From Candidatus Magasanikbacteria bacterium CG11_big_fil_rev_8_21_14_0_20_39_34 (lineage in GTDB: Bacteria; Patescibacteriota; Patescibacteriia; Magasanikbacterales; UBA922), in assembly GCA_002787355.1 (NCBI GenBank), contig PCWN01000003.1, forward strand, positions 8,606 through 72,605: a stretch of DNA of 64,000 nucleotides, read 5' to 3'. The position numbers were made by a program, and so were the translations under genes. The notes under the pieces were generated by a model. It was not told the origin of the DNA, searched no databases, and worked only from the letters and a program-made list of their open reading frames with translations. Positions 31,834-40,592 of this stretch are shown here, piece after piece; position 1 is the first letter of the stretch, and each line of letters begins with the position of its first letter.

Positions 31834-34779
31834 TTAAGGAGGCGGGAGGTCCTCATCGTCGGCCTGGTCTACACCGGCGTCCGGAAGGATCATTTTGGGA
31901 ACGTTATCTAGCATTGGTGTGACCACTTCTCCATCCTGGATGAATGGTGGTCCGGGATCCACAGAAGTTGGTTCCACATAGGGTTCCGTTGGTTCGGTAC
32001 CCTCAAGGAAGCACTCCTTTGGTGGATCCGGCTCATCCGTCTCAAGCAACATTCCATGCTCGAAGTCGAATGGGACACACACCACGCCTTCTGGCGGTGG
32101 GCCAAAACCGTTCAGTTCTTCCGGTCTGTCTTCCGTAGAACCGAAGAAACCTGCATTCCACATACTCTCCAGCGCCGACTTTACAATCGGCAGAGCAGCA
32201 GATGCTCCGGTCTCTGCACGACGTGCCCGCCCCTTGAGCGGCGCAGCATTATCAAAGCCCACCCATGAGACCACGACAGCCTCAGGAAGAACTCCGATAA
32301 ACCACGTCGACTTGGACTGGTTCGTCGTACCGGTCTTGCCCGCTACCGGAAGCGGAAAGTTCTTGAGTCTTGCGCCCGATCCGTCTGTCACGACCGAGCG
32401 CATCATGTTGCGCAGTAGCCACATGACCGCCTCGCTGAACTCTCGCTTTCGCACTGATGGAAGAGTCGCCTCAATCTCGATTTCATCTCCACCTAGGCTC
32501 TCGATGTGATCGATGAGCCTCCACTTTGCGTGGATACCACCACTTGCAACGGTGGCATAGGCAGTTGCGAGCTCAAGAGGAGAAACTTCACTTCCACCAA
32601 GAGCGATAGAAGGTCCCTGTGCCAACGCAGAAGTAATCCCAACCCGCCGAAGCGTGTTGGTCACCATCTCATAGCCAATATCCTCATGGCAAATGAGCTG
32701 CGCCGCGATAGAGTTGACCGACCCGGCCAATCCTTCTCGCAAGGTCATGGGGCCTTCCCGGTATTTTCCGCCGTAGTTCCCTGGTGACCATTCCTTCTCA
32801 TCGAATCCCTTTCCGTCTGCCCAGGGTATCCTGTAGTGGCAGGTGTAGGGTTCGTCGATGAGACGCTGCGGTGCAACACGATCCGCCGTACCCCAAGGGG
32901 TGAAGACCTTCATGTCGAGGGCCGTCAGGTACACCCCAAGAGGCTTGAACGTGGAACCGGGTTGCAATGCGGACAGGCACCGGTTGTAACGGGAGAGCGA
33001 GTAGCTGTCGCCGCACACCAGTGCACGAATCTCGTGGGTCTGTGGATCCAGATGAACCATGGCCGCTTGAGGGCCCATTTCGGGGCGAACCCAAACGTGG
33101 TTCTTCTTTCCAGCAACAGGTTCAATGACCTGTGCCTGGATCACATCTCCAGGAGACCAGCGGAAACGCTCCTTCGCAGGTTCCGGCTCAGTCGGCTTTT
33201 CACCAGACTTTGCCTTTGCCTTCTTCTGGGCGCGCTCCCACTTCCGCAAATCCCTCTGCCACTGCTTCTGCGCCTTTTTGTAGGCGTTCCGGTCCTCTTC
33301 CGAGATCCGGTAGTAGCGCGAGAGATTCCGCAAACGAATTTGTCCGGTGAGACCACCCCCAAGATCCAGGTAGAGAAAACCATTTTCCGGGTCATCTTCC
33401 ACCTTTTGGACCTTGGCAAGTACCAGGCTTGCGGGCTTCACGACCTGACTCTGCGGGATAGACTTGTGGAGAGGATCGGCGAACCCCTGTCGCTCATCAA
33501 CTTCTGCAAGCTGGTGAACAATGGCGTCCCGAGCCTCCCTCTGACGCTCGCTATTTATGGTGAGGTAAACTCGGATTCCTCCACGACGGAGCGTATCCTT
33601 GTCCAGACTCTCTTCCAAAATAGAAAGCGCCATGTCCTTGGCCCAACCACCCTCGTCCCCCTCTTGGGGTTGATCGATCAGGTTGAACTCCTCAGACAAA
33701 GCCTCGTCTCGCTGAGCAGTCGTGATGAATCCCTCGTGGTGCATGCGGTTGAGCACATACGCACGACGGACTCGCGCCGCTTCGGGGTGACGATCTGGAC
33801 GCAGGCGTTCCGGGGACTGCACCATACCGGCAAGCATGGCACATTGCGCCAGCGTGAGCTCGCTGAGGTCCTTTCCCCAATAGAACTTGGAGGCCTCGAT
33901 GGGACCAACGCGGCCTCCACCTAGATATGCCCAGTTCCAGTACAGGATCATGATGTCCTGCTTGGAGAACTTGTCCTCGAGCTTCCACGCCAGCAGCCAC
34001 TGGGCCAGCTTGTAGCCCAGCTTGCCCTTCCCCTTCTCCAGGCCAGCGATGTTCTTGACCACCTGCATGGAGATGGTGGAACCGCCGGGCCCGCTGTGCC
34101 TGTGCTTGAGGACGTATACGGCCGCGCGGGCAATTCCCTTGAGGTCCACACCATTGTGTGCGGACACACCATCTCGCTCGAGGAAGTTTTCATCCTCGGA
34201 AGAAATGATGGCCTGCACCAGGTGAGCCGGAAGCTCCTCGTAGCTCACAACCGGCGTGTAATACGTCGGCCGCTGCCAGAGAAGCACCTTGTCATGGGAG
34301 TAAACCTCAAGCGTTCCCGGCTGCTCCACTTCTGAAGCCGCCTGAACATCGGGGAGATCCTGCACGAACTTCGCAGCCACGTGCTCCAGCACAGGGCGGA
34401 AGAACACAAGGACACACAGTGCCCCCATGGCCGCGGTGATAATCCCCGAAAGGAAGATCGCCGTGAAAGGGCGGCGGCGCAGCTTGAAACTAAGGAAGGC
34501 CAGGAACGTCGGCGGCAAGGCCAGTGGCCAGTACAGCCAAAAGCCCAGGCCCATAGCCCCAAGCCATATGAGGATCGCCGGCCAGACGATTCCCCACGTA
34601 AGAGCGCGGCTGAACAAGCCGCGCTCGTCCTTCGGGCGAGATGGTTTTTCTTTCTTTGGCCGGCGCTCCCGCACCGGCCTCGTCTTGTCCCGACCAGCCG
34701 GCCGGGACGAGGTGGTCTTCTTGCTAGGGGGCGTATCATCCCCCCCGAGCTCGAAATCCTCATCCATCCAACTGGCCAT
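31834..34779 (-). CDS. ponA: class A penicillin-binding protein (PBP1A; GT51 transglycosylase + transpeptidase), G+C-rich
   Basis: GT51 motifs (IISSEDENFLERDG, GGSTISMQVVKNI), transpeptidase motifs (STFKP, SVNS, KTGTT), an N-terminal basic cytoplasmic tail with a TM helix, and a Pro/Glu-rich C-terminal tail. By eye the G+C is far above that of the flanking genes. Confidence 0.9.
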   Translation of the reverse strand: MASWMDEDFELGGDDTPPSKKTTSSRPAGRDKTRPVRERRPKKEKPSRPKDERGLFSRALTWGIVWPAILIWLGAMGLGFWLYWPLALPPTFLAFLSFKLRRRPFTAIFLSGIITAAMGALCVLVFFRPVLEHVAAKFVQDLPDVQAASEVEQPGTLEVYSHDKVLLWQRPTYYTPVVSYEELPAHLVQAIISSEDENFLERDGVSAHNGVDLKGIARAAVYVLKHRHSGPGGSTISMQVVKNIAGLEKGKGKLGYKLAQWLLAWKLEDKFSKQDIMILYWNWAYLGGGRVGPIEASKFYWGKDLSELTLAQCAMLAGMVQSPERLRPDRHPEAARVRRAYVLNRMHHEGFITTAQRDEALSEEFNLIDQPQEGDEGGWAKDMALSILEESLDKDTLRRGGIRVYLTINSERQREARDAIVHQLAEVDERQGFADPLHKSIPQSQVVKPASLVLAKVQKVEDDPENGFLYLDLGGGLTGQIRLRNLSRYYRISEEDRNAYKKAQKQWQRDLRKWERAQKKAKAKSGEKPTEPEPAKERFRWSPGDVIQAQVIEPVAGKKNHVWVRPEMGPQAAMVHLDPQTHEIRALVCGDSYSLSRYNRCLSALQPGSTFKPLGVYLTALDMKVFTPWGTADRVAPQRLIDEPYTCHYRIPWADGKGFDEKEWSPGNYGGKYREGPMTLREGLAGSVNSIAAQLICHEDIGYEMVTNTLRRVGITSALAQGPSIALGGSEVSPLELATAYATVASGGIHAKWRLIDHIESLGGDEIEIEATLPSVRKREFSEAVMWLLRNMMRSVVTDGSGARLKNFPLPVAGKTGTTNQSKSTWFIGVLPEAVVVSWVGFDNAAPLKGRARRAETGASAALPIVKSALESMWNAGFFGSTEDRPEELNGFGPPPEGVVCVPFDFEHGMLLETDEPDPPKECFLEGTEPTEPYVEPTSVDPGPPFIQDGEVVTPMLDNVPKMILPDAGVDQADDEDLPPP

Positions 34780-34982
34780 CTGACACCTCCAAAAATTGGA
34801 TTCGTACGAGAAAGGAACGTTCTTCTCTCAAAGAAGTTTCCTTTCTCGTACGAAATTTGTAAAAGAACATTCTCTTTCATTCCTCCCGAATACTTTATCT
34901 CCATTCCATTGATGAAAATAAACTATTTAAAAAGAAGGTTTTTTCTGGACGTTGCGGTGGGAACAACGTCCATGTGGTGGGT

Positions 34983-35816
34983 TTATGGGATGATGCAGCT
35001 CCCAGTCAGCTCCTGTGAAATTCTCTCCACAGACTCGCTGTAGAAAGCATCGACCTTGGGGTAGTCCAATGCCAGGTCACGAACTCGATCTCCTTCTGGC
35101 AGGAGCACAGCGCAGAGTCGAAAGAGTTCGCTTGCATCCAATGAAAGCCCATCTTCAATGGGTTCCACAACATGCAAGCAGGTCCTCACCATGTTCGCCC
35201 CCTTGTAAAAGGCGGCCACGATGAGCTCCTCGCTCCATCCTTCTTCAGCCTCTTGCTCAAAACTGTCGGCAAGGGCATACATGACCCGCCAAGGATCGAG
35301 ACGTTCGTCCTCCACATCGTCGTCCACCGTAAGACCGTATCCCTTTGCTTCCGCAAACGAGAGGGTCAGGAGGCCCCTCCCACCGAGCATGGTCCTCACA
35401 TCGTTTTGCCCTCGAGTCTGAGCAAAGGTGAGGAAGAAGAGCGGGCGGACTACGTTGCTTTGATACCCTTCTTGGACATCCGTGAGCAGCGTGTGGAGGT
35501 ACGCCGCACGCTCGCAGTAAGTGAAGTTCTCGGAGAGCACGTGCTGTGCATCTCCCTCCGGAACTCCATCCGACCAGTTTACCCCCGTAGGATTGGGGGT
35601 GGGTGTGGAAACCTGCTGCGACGGATTTGTTTGTTGGAACTCCCCTGGGCTCCACAGAGACGGGAGCTTGGGGAGCAGATGCCTGGGGACAATCGCGTCC
35701 CCACCCTGGTCCTTCCTCACCGTTTCACCCTGCTGAATACCCGTAGGCATCCAGAGGGCAAAGAGAATCGAGGAAAAGAACAGGGAGAACAGGAACACAA
35801 TGCCAAGACGCTTCAT
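34983..35816 (-). CDS. hypothetical secreted protein co-transcribed with PBP1A (G+C-rich)
   Basis: N-terminal signal/TM (MKRLGIVFLFSLFFSSILFALW), G+C-rich, no recognisable motif. First gene after the 35936-35964 promoter. Confidence 0.5.
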   Translation of the reverse strand: MKRLGIVFLFSLFFSSILFALWMPTGIQQGETVRKDQGGDAIVPRHLLPKLPSLWSPGEFQQTNPSQQVSTPTPNPTGVNWSDGVPEGDAQHVLSENFTYCERAAYLHTLLTDVQEGYQSNVVRPLFFLTFAQTRGQNDVRTMLGGRGLLTLSFAEAKGYGLTVDDDVEDERLDPWRVMYALADSFEQEAEEGWSEELIVAAFYKGANMVRTCLHVVEPIEDGLSLDASELFRLCAVLLPEGDRVRDLALDYPKVDAFYSESVERISQELTGSCIIP

Positions 35817-35935
35817 TTTGAAACCCTTGCAAAAAGAATCCAACAGAGATAAGTCCTCAAAAAAAGCACTCCCCTCTCCTAAATTCTTTATTTTTCTTCT
35901 TATTTTAGCAAAAAAATTTTCTTTTCGAACGGGCC

Positions 35936-35964
35936 ATTATAGCATAAATAAACCATTTTGTCAA
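35936..35964 (-). promoter_or_regulatory. perfect sigma70 consensus promoter (TTGACA-17-TATAAT) driving the island-3 operon
   Basis: Minus-strand TTGACA (35959-35964), a 17-nt spacer, TATAAT (35936-35941). Confidence 0.55.
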
Positions 35965-36036
35965 GTAAGTATTCCCTTTTATTCCTGAAGCTTTCCTCTG
36001 TATACACCAAAGAATTTTCCTTAGGCTGTTATCCAC

Positions 36037-36065
36037 TTGACTTTTTCTTTATTTTCACCTATAAT
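36037..36065 (+). promoter_or_regulatory. sigma70-type promoter (TTGACT-17-TATAAT) for secE-nusG-rplK
   Basis: Hexamers with a 17-nt spacer. The predicted TSS falls at or next to the ATG at 36073. Confidence 0.5.
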
Positions 36066-36114
36066 GCACTCGATGACTGGGCCAAAGGCCTTTTTTAAAT
36101 ACAAAAATTGTCCT

Positions 36115-36303
36115 ATGAATGCCGTACAGAAATTTAAGAACTATTTTGTAGAAGCGTTTGCTGAGGTAAAAAAAGTTACCTGGCCAACAAAGAAACAAAC
36201 CAAAAATTATTCCTTGGTTGTTATTGGTATTACACTTGGGCTTGCTGCCTTTTTTGGAATCCTTGACTATATCTTTAATTTTCTCTTGGGACTTATCGTT
36301 TAA
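36115..36303 (+). CDS. secE: preprotein translocase subunit SecE
   Basis: EVKKVTWPTKKQT conserved motif plus a single C-terminal TM helix. A 62-aa product from the Met at 36115; the ATG at 36073 is an alternative start. Confidence 0.8.
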   Translation: MNAVQKFKNYFVEAFAEVKKVTWPTKKQTKNYSLVVIGITLGLAAFFGILDYIFNFLLGLIV

Positions 36304-36344
36304 CCCCAAACGATATCATTCTTTAAAAGCCCTATTATTTTTCT

Positions 36345-36890
36345 ATGGCTAAACAAACCCTTGATCTTGGACGCAGATGGTACGTACTTCACACCTATAG
36401 CGGGTATGAAGAAAACGTAAAACGAAACCTTGAACAACGTATTGAAACCTTTGCAATGGAAGACAAAATCTTCAAGGTTTTGGTACCAAAAGAAAAAAAG
36501 ATTAAAATTAAAAATGGAAAACGTGTTACCACCGAAGAAAAAATTTATCCCGGTTATGTACTCATTGAAATGATTGTAACAGATGACTCTTGGTATGTAG
36601 TACGAAATACACCAAATGTAACAGGATTTGTGGGAGCCGGAACAACACCAACTCCGGTAGATATAAAAGAAATTACGGATCTACAAAAGCGTATGAGCAG
36701 CGGTGAGCCTATGCACAAGATTGATGTAGAGGTAGATCAACCAGTAAAAATTGTTGACGGGCCATTCAAAAACTTTGAAGGAAAGGTTTCTGCAGTTGAT
36801 GCAGAACGTGGAAAGGTAAAAGTTTTGGTCTCTATGTTTGGAAGAGAAACTCCGGTTGAATTGGATGTATTACAAGTAAAGAAAATGTAA
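36345..36890 (+). CDS. nusG: transcription termination/antitermination protein NusG
   Basis: WYVLHTYSGYEENV NGN domain and a C-terminal KOW (GKVSAVDAERGKVKVLVSMFGRETPVEL). Confidence 0.92.
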   Translation: MAKQTLDLGRRWYVLHTYSGYEENVKRNLEQRIETFAMEDKIFKVLVPKEKKIKIKNGKRVTTEEKIYPGYVLIEMIVTDDSWYVVRNTPNVTGFVGAGTTPTPVDIKEITDLQKRMSSGEPMHKIDVEVDQPVKIVDGPFKNFEGKVSAVDAERGKVKVLVSMFGRETPVELDVLQVKKM

Positions 36891-36956
36891 CAATTAAACA
36901 CATTCTGAGGTGGTCAACAAAAGACGCTTCTCGCCTCACAATAATGAAAAAATGAT

Positions 36957-37379
36957 ATGGCAAAGAAATTAACAACACAAATTAAACTTCAGATTGTAGG
37001 AGGAGCTGCAAACCCAGCACCACCAGTTGGACCAGCACTTGGTCAACATGGTCTCAATATTCAAGATTTTTGTACACAGTTCAACAACGCAACTGCAGAC
37101 AAAAAAGGTGATGTTGTACCAGTAGTTATCAATGTATACGATGACCGAACCTTTGATTTTATCATGAAGGTTGCACCTGCTTCTGAATTGATTAAGAAAG
37201 CAGCTGGACTCAAAAGTGGAAGTGGAAACCCTCTCAAAGAAAAAGTAGGAAAAATCACAAAAGCACAACTCCAAGAAATTGCGGAAAAGAAAATGCCTGA
37301 CCTCAATGCCAATGACATTGAAGCTGCTATGAAGATTATTGCAGGTACCGCAAGACAAATGGGAGTTACCGTTGAATAA
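36957..37379 (+). CDS. rplK: 50S ribosomal protein L11
   Basis: [28 protein letters not shown], 140 aa. Confidence 0.95.
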   Translation: MAKKLTTQIKLQIVGGAANPAPPVGPALGQHGLNIQDFCTQFNNATADKKGDVVPVVINVYDDRTFDFIMKVAPASELIKKAAGLKSGSGNPLKEKVGKITKAQLQEIAEKKMPDLNANDIEAAMKIIAGTARQMGVTVE

Positions 37380-37399
37380 GATACATCAGTAATTAAAAA

Positions 37400-37424
37400 A
37401 ACAGCCTTTTGGCTGTTTTTTTGT
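37400..37424 (+). terminator. rho-independent terminator after rplK
   Basis: Stem AACAGCC/GGCTGTT with loop TTTT, followed by TTTTTGTG. Confidence 0.55.
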
Positions 37425-37451
37425 GCAGTATTTTTGATATTCTGGTATAAT
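37421..37451 (+). promoter_or_regulatory. extended -10 promoter (TGGTATAAT) for the 2-hydroxyacid dehydrogenase gene
   Basis: TGnTATAAT at 37443-37451. The -35 is weak (TTGTGC, 19-nt spacing). Confidence 0.4.
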
Positions 37452-37475
37452 AGAATGACTATCTTTATATAACCT

Positions 37476-38489
37476 ATGAAACCCAAAAAGTATCAGTGCC
37501 AATTTTTTCTCTCTTTAACCCCGGATCTTCGTAAATATATCCGCTCCAAACTTAAAGGACACAGAGTAAGTATCTCTGAGGAAATTCTTTCACTGGACAA
37601 ACTCCATCCTGATACAGAGGTTTTAGGAACATTTGTTGACTCAAAAATAGATAAAAAAGTCTTTGAGAAACTCAAGAAACTCAAGCTCATCATCACCCTT
37701 TCTACCGGTTTTGACCATATAGATTTGCAAACGGCAAAGAAAAAAAAGGTTACGGTTTGCAATGTTCCAACCTATGGGGAAAACACCGTCGCAGAATATG
37801 CTATTGGCATGATGCTTGCACTCTCCAGAAAATTTTTTCAAAGTGTAAAACGTGTAAAACAAGAAGGCATCTATGATTATCACGGTCTGCGTGGTTTTGA
37901 CTTAGCAGGGAAAACCATAGGTGTCATTGGAACCGGAAATATTGGTCAGCATGTGGTAAAGATGCTTCATGGTTTTGATGTAAAAATTATTGCATACGAT
38001 GTTTTTAAAAACCAAAATCTTATTGATAATTATGGTGTAGAATATATGCCGCTCAATAAGTTATTTTCTTTAAGTGATATCATTACACTCCATGTGCCAC
38101 TTTTGGATTCTACACGTTATATGATAAACAAAAAGTCCATAAAAAAAATGAAAAAAGGAGTCTATATTATTAATACGGCACGCGGTGGACTGATTGATTC
38201 TGAAGCACTTCTCTATGGACTCCAACAAGGTATGGTGGCCGGAGCTGGACTTGATGTATTGGATGACGAAGATCTTCTTGAAGACACACTCAAAATTCTG
38301 TGTGCAGAATGTAATCCTCAAAACACACGCAAAAGTCTCATGAACAGTCTCCTGATTGACCATCCCAATACCATTGTTACTCCACATAATGCATTTAATT
38401 CAAATGAAGCAGTGAAAAGAATTATTGATACGAGTGTCGATAACGTCCGACAGTTTGCTTTGGGAAAAGTGCAAAATAAGGTAAACTAA
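37476..38489 (+). CDS. D-isomer-specific 2-hydroxyacid dehydrogenase (NAD-dependent)
   Basis: GKTIGVIGTGNIGQHV NAD-binding motif, ARGGLID, a catalytic His region, 337 aa. Confidence 0.85.
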   Translation: MKPKKYQCQFFLSLTPDLRKYIRSKLKGHRVSISEEILSLDKLHPDTEVLGTFVDSKIDKKVFEKLKKLKLIITLSTGFDHIDLQTAKKKKVTVCNVPTYGENTVAEYAIGMMLALSRKFFQSVKRVKQEGIYDYHGLRGFDLAGKTIGVIGTGNIGQHVVKMLHGFDVKIIAYDVFKNQNLIDNYGVEYMPLNKLFSLSDIITLHVPLLDSTRYMINKKSIKKMKKGVYIINTARGGLIDSEALLYGLQQGMVAGAGLDVLDDEDLLEDTLKILCAECNPQNTRKSLMNSLLIDHPNTIVTPHNAFNSNEAVKRIIDTSVDNVRQFALGKVQNKVN

Positions 38490-38495
38490 TATAAT

Positions 38496-39407
38496 ATGAA
38501 AAGAATTTTTCGTTCATCTTGGTTTCTTGTTCTCCCACTTTTTTTTGGTGGTATGCTTCTCATCTCTGGTTGTGGAAATCAAACTGAAACTCAGCCTTCC
38601 CCTCAAAAGGTATCCAAGCAAACCGTTATCAAACAACCAGACCAAGAACAAACTCCCCTCCAAAAAGCGCTGGAGTATTGTTCAGACCAAGGATATGATA
38701 TTTCTTTTGTGGTAGATGAAAAAAATCAAGAGACACATGCTTTCTGCATTTTTGATGACAACAAAGCCTGTGAAGTGTTGGCCTATCAAGAAGGCATCTG
38801 TACACAAGATAATGGCTCCGGATGGCTTTCCGAGGATGATACCCTTGATGGACAACGAGCTTATAGATATTGTGATACCACCACAAAACCCGTTTGTGGC
38901 GAAGACGGAAAAACCTATGTCAGTGAATGTATTGCCCAAGCAGAAGGAATACATGTAAAACAAGAAGGACCTTGTCCATCTGACGAAAATGGGGCCGTTG
39001 TCTATCTTGATCCCATATATAAGCGCACTCCCACAAAAAAAATCTCTTCTGGAAACACAGGATCAAGTGGAAAAATCTCTCCATCCTCCCCCGCTCCGGC
39101 AACGGCAAATACGGAATCTTCAAAAATTGAAATCACAGATACTCCACAAAAACTGGATGATTGGTTTCAGGTACTGGTAAGTGTTTCGGAATATGAACGA
39201 AAAACTGATAACACACTCTTCATTGAAGAATGTGTTTATAACAAAAAATATTACTACTACAAAGCAAGTTCCCAAAATGGTTTTTCTGTACTCTATAATG
39301 ACAAAGGGACGGCTCTCTGCTTCCCCAACAATAATGTCAACAATTCCTGTCCAAGTTTTTTTGATGTCCTCGACCGAGCAAATATTTGTAAAAAACTTTG
39401 GCCATAA
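38496..39407 (+). CDS. lipoprotein with DUF333-like and Kazal-like Cys-rich domains
   Basis: Lipobox LISGC. A Cys pattern resembling DUF333 (CSDQGYD...AFCIFDDNKACEVLAYQEGIC). A Kazal-like C-x6-CGEDGKTYVSEC-x15-C segment. Confidence 0.55.
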   Translation: MKRIFRSSWFLVLPLFFGGMLLISGCGNQTETQPSPQKVSKQTVIKQPDQEQTPLQKALEYCSDQGYDISFVVDEKNQETHAFCIFDDNKACEVLAYQEGICTQDNGSGWLSEDDTLDGQRAYRYCDTTTKPVCGEDGKTYVSECIAQAEGIHVKQEGPCPSDENGAVVYLDPIYKRTPTKKISSGNTGSSGKISPSSPAPATANTESSKIEITDTPQKLDDWFQVLVSVSEYERKTDNTLFIEECVYNKKYYYYKASSQNGFSVLYNDKGTALCFPNNNVNNSCPSFFDVLDRANICKKLWP

Positions 39408-39408
39408 T

Positions 39409-39768
39409 ATGTTTTTTTCTCCTATCACGAAAAAAAATAGCCTTGAAGTTGAAGCGAGCATTGATTTAGACGTTGATGCAGACTTTGATGAAGTTTCTTT
39501 GCAAGTTCTCAAAGATTCAAGTACGCCTCAAAAATTTCTTGCTATTTATCAGGAATCTCACCGTGGCACATTGGGAACGGAAACCGTATATCATCGAGGA
39601 AGAGATTTTAACATAGATCAGATTTTAAAAATTTTGGACGCTATAAAAAATTCCAATATACCTATACTCAAAAAATTTTATCAAGAAAACAAAAATCTTT
39701 TTTTTGATGCAAGAAGTTTTAAAATTTTACTAGAAGTGGCTCCCTTAGAAGCTGATTTTCTCCTCTAG
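39409..39768 (+). CDS. hypothetical protein
   Basis: 119 aa from the Met at 39409. The ORF-track start at 39181 would overlap the lipoprotein gene. Confidence 0.35.
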   Translation: MFFSPITKKNSLEVEASIDLDVDADFDEVSLQVLKDSSTPQKFLAIYQESHRGTLGTETVYHRGRDFNIDQILKILDAIKNSNIPILKKFYQENKNLFFDARSFKILLEVAPLEADFLL

Positions 39769-39780
39769 AAACTCTAAAAA

Positions 39781-39812
39781 GAGAGATAGATCCCTATCTC
39801 TCTTTTTATTTG
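39781..39812 (+). terminator. rho-independent terminator
   Basis: Perfect 10-bp stem AGAGAGATAG/CTATCTCTCT with loop ATCCC, followed by TTTTTATTTG. Confidence 0.55.
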
Positions 39813-39847
39813 TAAAAATATTCCTTTATAAAAAACATAGACAGATA

Positions 39848-39876
39848 TTGACAAAAAGGCAAAATTGAGCTATATT
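39848..39876 (+). promoter_or_regulatory. sigma70-type promoter (TTGACA-17-TATATT) for island-4 gene
   Basis: Hexamers with a 17-nt spacer. AGGAAAGG Shine-Dalgarno lies 8 nt before the ATG at 39944. Confidence 0.5.
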
Positions 39877-39943
39877 CTCAGGTCAACTTTCGTGAAATTC
39901 TTTACGAAGATGACCTTTTTTGGTTTGTAGGAAAGGCAGAACC

Positions 39944-40354
39944 ATGCGCCGCACCCTGACCATCCTGATCACCGTGACCATCCTCATGACCACCATCTTC
40001 AACCGGGGGGGGTTCTGTGCCCCCGCGGTCTACCGCCCCAAAACGGGCCGTCTCTCGCCCGGAGAGTGGGGCAAGGGGATCTTCGTCGGGGGCCTGGCCC
40101 TCGGCGGATACGCCGTCTACCAGATGGGCAAAGACAACGGGATCAAGGCGGCACCGGAGGTGTTCGCCGTGGGTCTCGTGGCCGTCGTGCTGGGAGGCGT
40201 TCTCGCCTTCGCCGACCCGGAGACGCCCGTGGACCGCTTCCCCAACAACCCTCCAAAAAAGAAGGCCAAACCGGTCTACCACCTCTCACTTTCCCCCGCC
40301 ATGCTCCCAAACGGACATTTGGGAGCAGAAGCCTGTCTTGGCTTCACTTGGTAG
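39944..40354 (+). CDS. hypothetical small membrane/secreted Gly-rich protein (G+C-rich island 4)
   Basis: 136 aa with a signal-like N-terminus (MRRTLTILITVTILMTTIF), a Gly-zipper helix (GIFVGGLALGGYAVY ... AVGLVAVVLGGVLAF) and extreme GC3. Confidence 0.5.
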   Translation: MRRTLTILITVTILMTTIFNRGGFCAPAVYRPKTGRLSPGEWGKGIFVGGLALGGYAVYQMGKDNGIKAAPEVFAVGLVAVVLGGVLAFADPETPVDRFPNNPPKKKAKPVYHLSLSPAMLPNGHLGAEACLGFTW

Positions 40355-40437
40355 GTCCTGCCCCACCCAGGACCAATCCCCCACACTCCCTATCTTAAAA
40401 GAAGGTAATGAGTACCAAGGGATTTTCTGTCTTACCC

Positions 40438-40466
40438 TTGACATTTTTCGCTTATTTGGGTACTAT
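40438..40466 (+). promoter_or_regulatory. sigma70-type promoter (TTGACA-17-TACTAT) for rplA
   Basis: Hexamers with a 17-nt spacer, 127 nt upstream of the rplA ATG. Confidence 0.45.
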
Positions 40467-40592
40467 AGTGCCATTCATACAGAAAGGTCTTTCTTCAAAG
40501 AAAGCCCTGTGGGACCTCTGACCACTCAGAGGGATATCACCACAACTACGGAAGAACAAATATTTTATTTGTCGCCGTATTATCCATTTTTT
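40467..40592 (+). promoter_or_regulatory. structured rplA 5' leader (candidate L1 autoregulatory element)
   Basis: Two hairpins: GGTCTTTCTT-caa-AGAAAGCC, and CTCTGA-ccac-TCAGAG followed by GGGA. L1 mRNA operators mimic the 23S rRNA L1 site. Unverified. Confidence 0.3.

Noticed and set aside
31900-35800. Dense stack of 60-360-aa ORFs on both strands in many frames (e.g. 32836..33924 +, 33692..34000 -, 34381..35043 +)
   Set aside because: These are shadow ORFs caused by the scarcity of stop codons in high-G+C DNA. Only the frame with PBP motifs and strong GC3 bias (31834..34779 -) and the co-directional 34983..35816 frame are credible.
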